The notes beneath the pieces are model-generated. The model was given only the letters and a program-made list of their open reading frames with translations, did no database searches and was not told the origin of the DNA. A stretch of 64,000 nt of DNA, taken from NCBI GenBank assembly GCA_964497125.1, contig CAZCDU010000005.1, positions 35,139 to 99,138 of the forward strand, written 5' to 3'. Shown piece by piece: positions 48,837 to 57,963 of the stretch. The first letter of the stretch is position 1. Each line of letters starts with the position of its first letter. Made by a program: the position numbers and the translations under genes. The stretch comes from an uncultured Victivallales bacterium. GTDB taxonomy: Bacteria; Verrucomicrobiota; Kiritimatiellia; UBA8416.

Positions 48837-49517
48837 ATGGCGTTGAATATTGTTGAGAAGATTGATGGTGCGGTGAAAATTAAGCATGTATTGGCAAGTG
48901 TTTCGGATAAGACAGGGCTGGATGTTCTCATCCCGGGGCTGGTCGAAGCGAATCCCGATGTGATGATCTATTCGACGGGCGGTACGTACAAAGCAATTGA
49001 GGCGATCCTTGGCGAGAAGGCGTCGACACATCTGACGGCCGTTTCCGCCTACACCGGTCAGCCGGAGATGCAGGGCGGACTTGTGAAGACGCTCGATTTC
49101 AAGATCTACCTTGGCCTGCTGAGCGAGACTTACAACGAAGCCCACCAGGAAGACTTGGCGCGCGTTGCCGGGGTGCCGATTGATATGGTGATCGTGAACC
49201 TCTATCCGTTCAAATCGACCGTAGCCCAAGATGGGGTAACGCCCGAGAAGGCCCGCACCAATATCGATATCGGCGGCCCGTGCATGGTGCGAGCTTCGGC
49301 AAAGAACTACCTGCGTGTGGCGTCGGTTACGGATCCGTCCGACTACCCGGCTATCCTTGAGGAGATCGCGTCGAATGGGGGCATGGTGTCACTGGCCCAG
49401 CGCCTGAAGCTGATGCAGAAGGCCTTTGCTCATACCGCCGCGTATGACACGGCGATTGCCGCGTACTTCGCCGAACAGGGCATTGACGATGTGGAATGTT
49501 GCTATACGGTAGCGTAA
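48837..49517 (+). CDS. Stand-alone PurH N-terminal-like domain protein (MGS-like/IMP cyclohydrolase domain) lacking AICAR transformylase domain
   Basis: VLASVSDKTGL, STGGT, DMVIVNLYPF, NIDIGGPCMVRASAKN resemble PurH N-domain; ends at 49517 after 227 aa. Confidence 0.6.
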   Translation: MALNIVEKIDGAVKIKHVLASVSDKTGLDVLIPGLVEANPDVMIYSTGGTYKAIEAILGEKASTHLTAVSAYTGQPEMQGGLVKTLDFKIYLGLLSETYNEAHQEDLARVAGVPIDMVIVNLYPFKSTVAQDGVTPEKARTNIDIGGPCMVRASAKNYLRVASVTDPSDYPAILEEIASNGGMVSLAQRLKLMQKAFAHTAAYDTAIAAYFAEQGIDDVECCYTVA

Positions 49518-49885
49518 TGTACGAGTTGAGCATAACAACCCACTTTTCGGCGGCGCATCACCTGGTGGCCTATCCCGGTGCATGTGCCGTGCTCCATGGG
49601 CATAACTGGCAGGTTGACGTCTCTGTGCAAGGCGAGGAACTTGATGAGCTCGGAATGCTGATCGATTTCAAGCTTCTTAAGTCCGCGGTGAACGAGCTGA
49701 TGGATGAGCTGGATCACAGTGACCTCAACACCCACGAAGAATTCAAAGACCTCAACCCTACCTCGGAACAGATCGCCCGCTTTCTGTTTCGTCGACTCTC
49801 AGTCAGCGCCAAGGGCGATCGCCACAAGATCTCCCGTGTTACGGTGCACGAGACTCCCGGTTCCACGGCGAGCTATTGGGAGTAG
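49517..49885 (+). CDS. queD: 6-carboxy-5,6,7,8-tetrahydropterin synthase QueD (PTPS family)
   Basis: HGHNW zinc-binding motif, PTPS length; start overlaps upstream stop (TAATG). Confidence 0.85.
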   Translation: MYELSITTHFSAAHHLVAYPGACAVLHGHNWQVDVSVQGEELDELGMLIDFKLLKSAVNELMDELDHSDLNTHEEFKDLNPTSEQIARFLFRRLSVSAKGDRHKISRVTVHETPGSTASYWE

Positions 49886-49890
49886 GGATA

Positions 49891-49947
49891 AAAGCTGAAA
49901 TGGGGAAAGCTGAAAGCTGAGATTGAGATTGAGATTGAGAAGGACTC
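49891..49947. repeat. Purine-rich repeat aaagctgaaatggggaaagctgaaagctgagattgagattgagattgag
   Basis: Copy of element at 12581-12620, plus (gagatt)3. Confidence 0.6.
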
Positions 49948-49956
49948 TGCATTCTC

Positions 49957-50796
49957 GTGATTGATTTGCACACGCATTCCACCTTCTCGGACGGATCGTT
50001 GACTCCCGAGGAACTGGCTCAATTGGCGCGTGAGGTGGGACTCTCCGCTATTGCGTTGACAGACCATGACACAACCGACGGCGTTCCGGGTTTCGTGGCG
50101 GCCTGTGACCGTGAAGGCATCACGGGACTTGCGGGCGTCGAGATCAGCGCTGATACGCCGAAGGGCACCATGCACTTGCTTGGGTTCTTTGTGGATCCCG
50201 AGCACCCGGGGCTCTGCCAGTCGCTTGTCCGGATTCGCGAGGGGCGAACCATACGCAACCGCAAGATTCTGGAACGTCTGGCCAAGCTTGGTGTGGGCGT
50301 GACCTGGGACGAGGTGTCCGCATTGGCCGGTGGCGATGTTGTGGGGCGGCCCCACATTGCCAGGGCCCTGGTCAACGGTGGGCATGTGGAGTCATGTGCC
50401 AGCGCGTTTCGCGATTGGCTCGGCAAAGGCAAGCCCGCTTATGTTGACCGTTTTCGGCTTTCTCCGGAAGAGGGGCTTTCGCAGATTCGGGATGCCGGCG
50501 GCGTGGCTGTCCTGGCGCATCCGTTCACGCTGGGGCTTCGCAGGGGGCAGTTGCGGAAATGCGTTTCCGAGCTCGTGGGGTGGGGCCTTGCCGGCATAGA
50601 GGTCTTCTATCCCGAGCATGGCGACAACCGTAGAAAAGAGTACCGGGGATTGGCGAAGGAGTTTGACCTCGTCATGACAGGCGGCTCTGACTTTCACGGT
50701 GATATGAACCCGGCTATCCGACTTGGTCGCGGATTCGGCAATGTCAATGTTCCCGATTCGGTGCTCGTTGAGCTGAAGCAGCGCGTCGGGTGCTAG
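49957..50796 (+). CDS. PHP-domain phosphoesterase (TrpH/YciV-like)
   Basis: [22 protein letters not shown] metal-binding motifs. Confidence 0.8.
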   Translation: MIDLHTHSTFSDGSLTPEELAQLAREVGLSAIALTDHDTTDGVPGFVAACDREGITGLAGVEISADTPKGTMHLLGFFVDPEHPGLCQSLVRIREGRTIRNRKILERLAKLGVGVTWDEVSALAGGDVVGRPHIARALVNGGHVESCASAFRDWLGKGKPAYVDRFRLSPEEGLSQIRDAGGVAVLAHPFTLGLRRGQLRKCVSELVGWGLAGIEVFYPEHGDNRRKEYRGLAKEFDLVMTGGSDFHGDMNPAIRLGRGFGNVNVPDSVLVELKQRVGC

Positions 50797-51527
50797 ACCA
50801 GCCACCGGCAGTCATCACGGAATTCCGATGGCGATCGTCCGGTACGCTGCTTGAAGAAGTGGCTGAAGCCTGCCAGGTCACTGTAGCCCGTGGCGTGCGC
50901 GATCTGTGAGATTGTGAGGTCCGTGTTCTGCAGGAGATGTCGAGCGTGCGTGAGTCGCAGATGCGCCAGCACGCGGATGGGGGATTCGCCCTGTTCCACT
51001 TGGAAGCGCCTTGTCAGTTGACCTCTGCCGCAGCCGAATTCCCGCTCCAGATTCTCAAGTGTGATCGGCTCATCAAGATGTGTCTGCATATAGGCGATGA
51101 CGCGTGTTACCAGTTGGTCTGTGGAATCGTCCCTCGTGCCTTCGGTACTTCGGTCCAGAAGCTGATGGCAGACAAACCGGAGTGCCAATGCTCTGTGTTC
51201 TTCCGGTCGATGGTGCTCGAAGAAGACATCATGAATAACGGTGGCGGCGATCTCATCCACTGCGATGCTGCCGTTCACGGTGAGCTCCGGTCTGTCAGCG
51301 TCATCAACGAGCCAGAAGACAACCGTCGCGGCCTCGAGGCGAATAGAAGTGACTTGCTGAAGGGGAAGAAAGATCGCTGTGCAGGCCGGCAGGTGCGTCG
51401 GCCCGGCTGGGGATGGCACTTCGGCGTTCCCGGACATGACAACAAGCCCCAGAATACCGTCCTGCTGCTGCCATTCCGCAGGAGGCGACCACAGGTCGGT
51501 CAAGGTCTCTATGGCTATCGATCTCAT
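50793..51527 (-). CDS. AraC/XylS family transcriptional regulator (cupin-like N-terminus)
   Basis: C-terminal HTH_Ara[33 protein letters not shown]. Confidence 0.8.
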   Translation of the reverse strand: MRSIAIETLTDLWSPPAEWQQQDGILGLVVMSGNAEVPSPAGPTHLPACTAIFLPLQQVTSIRLEAATVVFWLVDDADRPELTVNGSIAVDEIAATVIHDVFFEHHRPEEHRALALRFVCHQLLDRSTEGTRDDSTDQLVTRVIAYMQTHLDEPITLENLEREFGCGRGQLTRRFQVEQGESPIRVLAHLRLTHARHLLQNTDLTISQIAHATGYSDLAGFSHFFKQRTGRSPSEFRDDCRWLV

Positions 51528-51613
51528 GAATAGACAAATATCCTTGTTTCAAAACACCTGAGAGGGTAGGTTTCGTCTGTCAAAGAACTTAAACAGGCGC
51601 TAAGGAGAATGCA

Positions 51614-52738
51614 ATGGCAGATGTAACCCTGAAAGACGTGTACAAGATCTATCCTGGTGATGTCACAGCGGTGAAAGAGTTCAATCTTCATATTGAGCAT
51701 GGGGAGTTTCTTGTGCTGGTTGGGCCATCCGGCTGTGGAAAATCAACGACACTGCGTATGGTGGCCGGGCTCGAAGAGATTTCCAAAGGCACCGTCCAGA
51801 TCGGTGAGCGCCTCGTTAATGACGTCCCGCCGAAAGATCGCGACATCGCCATGGTCTTCCAGAATTACGCGCTCTATCCGCATATGACGGTTTACGACAA
51901 CATGGCATTCGGGTTGAAGCTTCGGAAGTTCAAGAAGGCTGAGATTGAGAAGCGCGTCAAGGACGCCGGCGAGATTCTGGGGCTCACCGAATACCTGGAT
52001 CGTCGTCCGAAAGCTCTTTCCGGTGGTCAGCGCCAACGCGTTGCCATGGGACGCGCGATTGTTCGTGAACCGGCCGTGTTCCTGTTTGATGAGCCGCTTT
52101 CGAACCTGGATGCCAAGATGCGTGTTGAGATGCGTAAGGAGATCCTGCGCCTCCACAAACGGATCGCTACCACGATGATCTACGTGACACATGACCAGGT
52201 CGAGGCCATGACGCTTGGTGACCGTATCTGCGTGATGCGCGATGGCATCATTGAGCAGGTGGGGGAACCCACGACAGTGTTCGATCATCCGGCATCGCTT
52301 TTCGTGGCGCGCTTTATCGGGACGCCCCCCATGAACATCTTTGAGGGCACACTGGTGGCTGAAAACGGTCAGACCGTGTTCGTTGGTGGCGAGCTGCGTG
52401 CACCCATTGCGGAGCGGCAGCTCGATATGGTGAAGGACTTCGTCGGCAAGCCGGTTTCTCTTGGCCTACGCCCCAAAGCGTTTTCGCTGAAGGATGCGAA
52501 CACCCCGCCCGATGCCGTGGCATTGCCGGGCACGGTTGAAGTCTGCGAACTGCTGGGGGAAGAGATCCTGGCGCACATGCACAATGGTGATCACAAGTTC
52601 ACGGTCAGCCTGGACCCGCATGTGAAGGCTGAGCTGGATGGTGTTCTGGATATCTGTCTCGACATGCAGCGGGTACATATCTTCGACAATGAATCGGGGC
52701 GGAATCTTACCATGCCGGGGGCGCTCCGGAACGGGTAA
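51614..52738 (+). CDS. ABC transporter ATP-binding protein, carbohydrate-import MalK/UgpC-like (orphan, no adjacent permease)
   Basis: GPSGCGKST, LSGGQRQRVAMGRA, FLFDEPLSNLD; C-terminal TOBE-like domain. Confidence 0.85.
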   Translation: MADVTLKDVYKIYPGDVTAVKEFNLHIEHGEFLVLVGPSGCGKSTTLRMVAGLEEISKGTVQIGERLVNDVPPKDRDIAMVFQNYALYPHMTVYDNMAFGLKLRKFKKAEIEKRVKDAGEILGLTEYLDRRPKALSGGQRQRVAMGRAIVREPAVFLFDEPLSNLDAKMRVEMRKEILRLHKRIATTMIYVTHDQVEAMTLGDRICVMRDGIIEQVGEPTTVFDHPASLFVARFIGTPPMNIFEGTLVAENGQTVFVGGELRAPIAERQLDMVKDFVGKPVSLGLRPKAFSLKDANTPPDAVALPGTVEVCELLGEEILAHMHNGDHKFTVSLDPHVKAELDGVLDICLDMQRVHIFDNESGRNLTMPGALRNG

Positions 52739-53222
52739 GCCTCCTTGGCTGGAGTCTGCTTGCCGGGGACGGCTGCTCAGACTAGGCCTGCGGAGGCTTA
52801 CCCGTTCCTCCGCTGGTTGTTTGAGGCTTTGGGGCAGGGCGCTCCAGAACGGGTAGTCCTCCTTGGCTGGAGTGAGCGGGGCGCTCACTAGGCCTTCGGA
52901 GGACCACCCGTTCTTCCGCTGAGTGTTTGAGGCTTAGGGGCAAGGCGCTCCGGAACGGGTAGGCCTCCTTGGCTGGAGTCTGCTTGCCGGGGACGGCTGC
53001 TCAGACTAGGCCTGCGGAGGCTTACCCGTTCCTCCGCTGGTTGTTTGAGGCTTTGGGGCAGGGCGCTCCAGAACGGGTAGTCCTCCTTGGCTGGAGTGAG
53101 CGGGGCGCTCACTAGGCCTTCGGAGGACCACCCGTTCCTCCGCTGAGTGTTTGAGGCTTTGGGGAGGGCGCTCCGGAACGGGTAAGCCTCCTTGGCTGGA
53201 GTCTGCTTCGTAAGGTAGGGCG
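52716..53222. repeat. Tandem array of structured repeats: 224-bp super-unit (A 118 bp + B 106 bp) x2 plus partial; first unit overlaps last codons of ABC gene
   Basis: ctccttggctgg anchor at 52741/52859/52965/53083/53188; A and B variants keep nested hairpins with compensatory changes. Confidence 0.85.
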
Positions 53223-53789
53223 AACCGTCTCGGTGAGCCGGGATGTACGGCGAACGCATACCTTGTTTGGCACCGCTGCCGATCGAACCGGGTATTCGTC
53301 GTACTTCGTACGCCGCGCGGCTCGGCAGGGACGCCTCGCCCTACCTCGGCGGCATCGTGCGGGAGGGCGAAGTTCTCAGGTCAGCTCCACCGCCGGCGTC
53401 GTTTCTCCGCCAGATCATACATGATGGAAACTTCTCTTGCGTAGGCCGGACATCTTGTCCGGCTGTTCAACTGAAGGATGTAGGCGGGAATCCCGCGGCT
53501 GCGGGACCGCCCTACGGAAGAACCGGAAACACTAAGGAACTGTGGGTGAAGTTCCAGGTCAGCTGGGCCGGCGGCCCAGTCATTGGGTCATTTGGCTCGC
53601 TTCGCGAGCGTCATTAGTCATTGGGAAAGAGGACCGCATTAATCATGCGGGAAACTTCCCAATGACGTGCCGAAGGCACAAATGACCAATGACGGCGGCG
53701 TAGCCGCCTAATGACGAAACGACGAGTGAAACGAGGAAGTTTCAGACTAGGACAGGATGCTCCGGAACGGGTAGTCCTCCTCGGCCTGG
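53223..53789. repeat. Non-coding block rich in GC hairpins and dispersed repeat modules
   Basis: gctcggcagggacgcctcgccctacc (also at 29575), gtaggccggacatcttgtccggc (also at 59918), CAATGAC motif array 53575-53715, partial repeat-A seed at 53758-53780. Confidence 0.6.
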
Positions 53790-54410
53790 TCATTTGCCTT
53801 CTTCGGCGGTTTTCAGGAGTTTGGCTAGGTCGGTGTGGCCGCGTTGTTGGGCGAAGGCGGCGGCGGAGTCGCCATCGGTATCGACGAGTTTGGGGTTGGC
53901 TTTGTGGTCCAGGAGTAGGACGGCGATGTCACCATGGCCTTCGGCCGCTGCGAACATCAAGGCGGTCCAGTTTTCATGTCCATCGGTCAGGTTCACTTCA
54001 GCGCCGGCTTTTAGCAGTGCCTTCACTGTATCGAGATTCGGCCCCGTTGAGGCATACATCAGGGCGGTGCGCTTGGTTTCATCACTGGCGTTCACATTGG
54101 CACCGGCCGAAAGAAGCGCTTCCACGATGGGGGTGTGGCCGTTGAAGGCGCTGAGCATCAAGGCCGTGCGACCATCAGGAGCAGAGATGTCCGGATCGGT
54201 CCCGTTCTTCAGTCCCAACTGTATCCTTTCCAGCTTGCCTCCGAGTGCGGCTTCCAGGAACTGCTCCAATGGCATGGGATTGAGCGGCTTTGTCGTCTCC
54301 GCTTGTGGCTTGGGTTCCGGTTTCTCGGGCGGACGATCGCAACCTGTTAGAAGCGTAGCTGCGGTCAGGGCAGCCAGAATGGATGTCATTTTCCGGGTAG
54401 TGCAGGTCAT
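53790..54410 (-). CDS. Ankyrin-repeat lipoprotein
   Basis: Lipobox LLTGC; ANK repeats (TALMLSAFNGH, TALMYAS, TALMFAAAEGH). Confidence 0.7.
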   Translation of the reverse strand: MTCTTRKMTSILAALTAATLLTGCDRPPEKPEPKPQAETTKPLNPMPLEQFLEAALGGKLERIQLGLKNGTDPDISAPDGRTALMLSAFNGHTPIVEALLSAGANVNASDETKRTALMYASTGPNLDTVKALLKAGAEVNLTDGHENWTALMFAAAEGHGDIAVLLLDHKANPKLVDTDGDSAAAFAQQRGHTDLAKLLKTAEEGK

Positions 54411-54435
54411 GATCTGTCTTTCTCTTGGTATGGGA

Positions 54436-55710
54436 CTATTCGTGTCTCAGGGCGTCAATGGGGTCAAGGTTGGCTGCTCGTACGGCGGGATAGAGTCCAA
54501 ATAGGATGCCGATGGCAACACTGATCGAAAGGGATAGGCCAACGCTCCAGGAGGTGACAACGGTTGGCATGTCTGCAAGCTTGGCAATGACCAGCGGCAC
54601 GAGGAGGCCCAGCAGAACGCCTATCAGACCTCCCGACGTTGACAGCACGACGGTTTCGACCAGGAACTGGTGAATGATCTGGCGCTTCTTGGCGCCAATG
54701 GCACGCCGTACGCCGATCTCTCGTGTACGCTCAGTGACAGAAGCCAACATGATGTTCATGATTCCGATGCCACCAACAAGCAGGCTGATGCAGGCGATGG
54801 ACCCCAGTACAACATTGAAGGTCCGCTGGGTCTCGCGTGCTTGTCGGAGAAGGGCCAGTGGTACGTGGAGACGATAGTCCTTCACCTTGTGCGAGGTGGC
54901 AAGCATACGGCGAATGGCTTCTGCGGTCGGTTCCACGTTCTCGAGTGTATTGACGCTGACGATGATTTGGTGGAGCTCGACTTCCTCACGGTTGAACGAT
55001 CCGCTTGCCACTCTCATGTCGATGTCACCATAACGCTCTCTTGCCACAGGTAACGGAATGTATATGTCGGTGGCGCGGTCCGGTGTCTGTAGTGTCGTGC
55101 CTTCGCCGCCTTCATTGCGGACGACTCCCACGACGCGGTAGATGTTGCTTCCAACACGGATCGACTGCCCCAGAACATGTTCAACGGCCAGGAGTTTACG
55201 TGCCACCGTCTCGGTGATAACAGCCACGGCCCGGCGTTCGTCAATGTCTTCCTGCACAAGCGTACGACCGGCAACGACATCACGTTTCACCAAGTCAAAC
55301 CAGCGCGTTGTCGTGCCGACGATGCGTACGTCTGCATGCCGTCCCCCGACCCGCGATTCTTTGCGTAGGATCTTGGCAGGCACGGTCTGTTGGATGGTAT
55401 CGAATGTTTCGCTGATCTGTCTGTGGTCGTCATAGCTCAGACCGTATACGATCACGCGCTTGCGGCCCGTGGCGGTGGCCGTTTCATCGGCCAGGGGCTT
55501 TTCTGAGGTGATGATGATGTTGTGACTTCCAAGTCGGCGGATTTGATCCAGCGCTTGTTTGCTGGCACCTTCGCCAACTGAGAGCATTGCGATTACGCTG
55601 GCTACGCCAAAGACAATTCCCAGCATGGTGAGCAACGACCGTAGCTTGTGCAGGAGCACATTCTCTAGCCCCAGCCGGAGATTACGCAGGAAACGGCTGC
55701 GGTACATCAC
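54436..55710 (-). CDS. ABC transporter permease, MacB/FtsX family
   Basis: N-terminal TM, MacB periplasmic domain, C-terminal FtsX 3-TM domain. Confidence 0.85.
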   Translation of the reverse strand: MMYRSRFLRNLRLGLENVLLHKLRSLLTMLGIVFGVASVIAMLSVGEGASKQALDQIRRLGSHNIIITSEKPLADETATATGRKRVIVYGLSYDDHRQISETFDTIQQTVPAKILRKESRVGGRHADVRIVGTTTRWFDLVKRDVVAGRTLVQEDIDERRAVAVITETVARKLLAVEHVLGQSIRVGSNIYRVVGVVRNEGGEGTTLQTPDRATDIYIPLPVARERYGDIDMRVASGSFNREEVELHQIIVSVNTLENVEPTAEAIRRMLATSHKVKDYRLHVPLALLRQARETQRTFNVVLGSIACISLLVGGIGIMNIMLASVTERTREIGVRRAIGAKKRQIIHQFLVETVVLSTSGGLIGVLLGLLVPLVIAKLADMPTVVTSWSVGLSLSISVAIGILFGLYPAVRAANLDPIDALRHE

Positions 55711-56459
55711 ATCCCCCCTTGGCTGGCAATCCGGCCATCCCGCATGTGGAGTTGCCGGTCGGCATAGGCCGCGATATCCGGCTCGTGGGTCACCATCACG
55801 ATGGTCTTGCCCTGCTCATGGAGGTCACCGAGCATCTGCATGATCTCTTTCCCTGTCTGCGTATCGAGATTGCCGGTGGGTTCATCGGCCAGGATGACGG
55901 CAGGATCGTTTGCCAGCGCGCGCGCAACAGCAACGCGTTGTCGCTGCCCGCCAGAGAGCTCGGTAGGACGATGGTGGAGTCGCGACTCAAGTCCGACCCG
56001 TGAGGCCAGCTCCCTTGCGCGCTCACGGCTCTCTTCCAAGGACCAGCCCTGGTAGTAGAGTGGCAGTTCTATGTTGCGGAGCACGGTGAGCTGAGGGAGC
56101 AGGTTGAAGCTTTGAAAGATGAAACCCAGGCGCCGGAGACGGACGTCGCTCAGGTCGTCATCACCCATGTTGCTGACATCCTGGCCCGACAGCTCGTAGG
56201 AACCCCCGGTTGGTGTGTCCAGGCATCCAATGAGATTCAGAAGCGTACTCTTTCCTGATCCGCTGGGGCCCATCACGGCCCAGAATTCACCGGTGTGAAT
56301 GGACAGGGATACGTCGTCCAGAGCTCTTACGGTGACAGTCCCCATCTGGTAGGTCTTGTCAACGTTCTTGAGTCTAATGACAACGCTATTGCCGTTTTTG
56401 TTTTCCTGCACGGCGTTTCTCGCGTGTGGGTTCTGGATTGGTGCGTTTCTGATCGCCAA
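55707..56459 (-). CDS. ABC transporter ATP-binding protein (MacB/LolD-type)
   Basis: GPSGSGKST, LSGGQRQRVAVARA, ILADEPTGNLD; possible alternative GTG start at 56411 reducing overlap with upstream gene. Confidence 0.85.
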   Translation of the reverse strand: MAIRNAPIQNPHARNAVQENKNGNSVVIRLKNVDKTYQMGTVTVRALDDVSLSIHTGEFWAVMGPSGSGKSTLLNLIGCLDTPTGGSYELSGQDVSNMGDDDLSDVRLRRLGFIFQSFNLLPQLTVLRNIELPLYYQGWSLEESRERARELASRVGLESRLHHRPTELSGGQRQRVAVARALANDPAVILADEPTGNLDTQTGKEIMQMLGDLHEQGKTIVMVTHEPDIAAYADRQLHMRDGRIASQGGM

Positions 56460-57963
56460 CCGGTTTGGACTCGCGTTCGGCGTCGCGAAGGGGGGGCGTG
56501 AGAAGCACGCGATCTCCTTCGGTCAGCCCCGACAGCACATGAATCATACGGTTGTTGTCCTTGCCAACTTCGATGTCGCGGGCCTCTGATTTGCCATGGC
56601 TATCGACGACATACACCGTAGGGGTTCCCTTTATGCGTACGACTGTCTGGACCGGGATATAGAGTACATCCGCGTGCTGTTTTGCAACGATCTCAACTTC
56701 GCAGGTCATCCCGTTGCGCAGCCCATCTGCGTCATCGTCAATGTAGACGTCGGTGTTGTAGACCTTGAGGTCCGGATTCGTCCAGAAAGAGGCGGGGTTC
56801 GGGAGAGGAGCAACTTGGTGCACGCTTCCCTTAAAGACCGCATGGGGTAGGGCGTCGACGGTGATCTGGGCCGGCATGCCATTGGTAAGCTGTTTGACGT
56901 GAGTTTCGTGGACCTTGATTGATGCCATCATCTTTGAGGTGTCCGGTAACCGGATTAGAGCTTCACGTTCGCGAACCTCCCGACCCGCTGCCAGGGGTTC
57001 ATCGTTGCTGCGATGGTGCCACCTCGATGCACTAGTGGCGTAGACAACCAAACCATCGGATGGTGCGACGATGCGAGTCGCCTTGATCTGTTCCTTGATG
57101 GCGGCAAGCTTGTCGCTTTGCCGTTTGAACTCAGCATCCTTGGCCGCGAAATCTGCTTCGGCTTGTACGATGCTGGCCGATGCTTTACGGCGTGCCCTTT
57201 CGAGCGACATCGTTGCCTGCTTCGCATCGCTCTCCAATTCCGCGAGATCGCGTTTGTTGGTGTAGTTCTCCAGAAGCTCTTTCTTGCTGCGGGCTAGTTC
57301 CAGGTCCAGGTCTGCCTTCTTGGCCGCTAGTTCATCGGCCTGGAGTTCGCTCTGCGAGACGAGCTTCTCTTCGAAGAGAACGCGGGACCACTTCTGTTTC
57401 TCCTCGGCTCGCTGGAGGTCTTCCTCGGCAAGGGTGATGCGCACCTCGGCTTCACGCAGTTGCTGTGGGTATTCCCCTTCGATGTACTTCTCAAGATCCT
57501 GTTTCGCAAAGCGCAGCGTTGTCTCGGCCTTCTCTGTGTCGCTGGCGGCCTGGTTCTTCGTGATGGCCAAATCCTCGCGGGCCCGTACAAAGAGCGCTTC
57601 TGCATTCTGCACTTTGATCTGTTGGGCGAACAGGCTCTCTTCAAGTTCGCTGGCATCGAGTTCCACCAGCAGATCTCCCTTTTTGACCTGTGCACCCTCA
57701 TCGATGACCCAGATGATGCTCGTGCGACCCTCAATCTCATTCTTGATGACGATCTTGTCCTGCGCCTCAACGGTTCCCGATTCCGTGAAGCTGATGACAA
57801 GCGGTCCCCGCCTGACCGCAAACGTGAGTGATGCCTCGTCCGGGCCGGATTCTGATCCTTGCTTGTGACGCCCAAGCCCGATCACAGCAAGCAGTGCCAG
57901 CACGGCAACAAGTCCAATAATCCATAACTTCGGTTTTGATCGTTTTCCTGAGGTGTCACTCAT
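56386..57963 (-). CDS. HlyD/MacA-family periplasmic adaptor (membrane fusion protein) with extended coiled-coil
   Basis: N-terminal TM, long coiled-coil, beta-barrel/MP domains; in operon with MacB-like pump and TolC. Confidence 0.8.
   Translation of the reverse strand: MSDTSGKRSKPKLWIIGLVAVLALLAVIGLGRHKQGSESGPDEASLTFAVRRGPLVISFTESGTVEAQDKIVIKNEIEGRTSIIWVIDEGAQVKKGDLLVELDASELEESLFAQQIKVQNAEALFVRAREDLAITKNQAASDTEKAETTLRFAKQDLEKYIEGEYPQQLREAEVRITLAEEDLQRAEEKQKWSRVLFEEKLVSQSELQADELAAKKADLDLELARSKKELLENYTNKRDLAELESDAKQATMSLERARRKASASIVQAEADFAAKDAEFKRQSDKLAAIKEQIKATRIVAPSDGLVVYATSASRWHHRSNDEPLAAGREVREREALIRLPDTSKMMASIKVHETHVKQLTNGMPAQITVDALPHAVFKGSVHQVAPLPNPASFWTNPDLKVYNTDVYIDDDADGLRNGMTCEVEIVAKQHADVLYIPVQTVVRIKGTPTVYVVDSHGKSEARDIEVGKDNNRMIHVLSGLTEGDRVLLTPPLRDAERESKPVGDQKRTNPEPTREKRRAGKQKRQ

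Noticed and set aside
52888-54145. ORFs 52888..53259, 53243..53617 and 53711..54145 as protein-coding
   Set aside because: They lie entirely within tandem repeats or hairpin-rich non-coding DNA, or antisense to the ankyrin lipoprotein gene. Their composition is repeat-driven.
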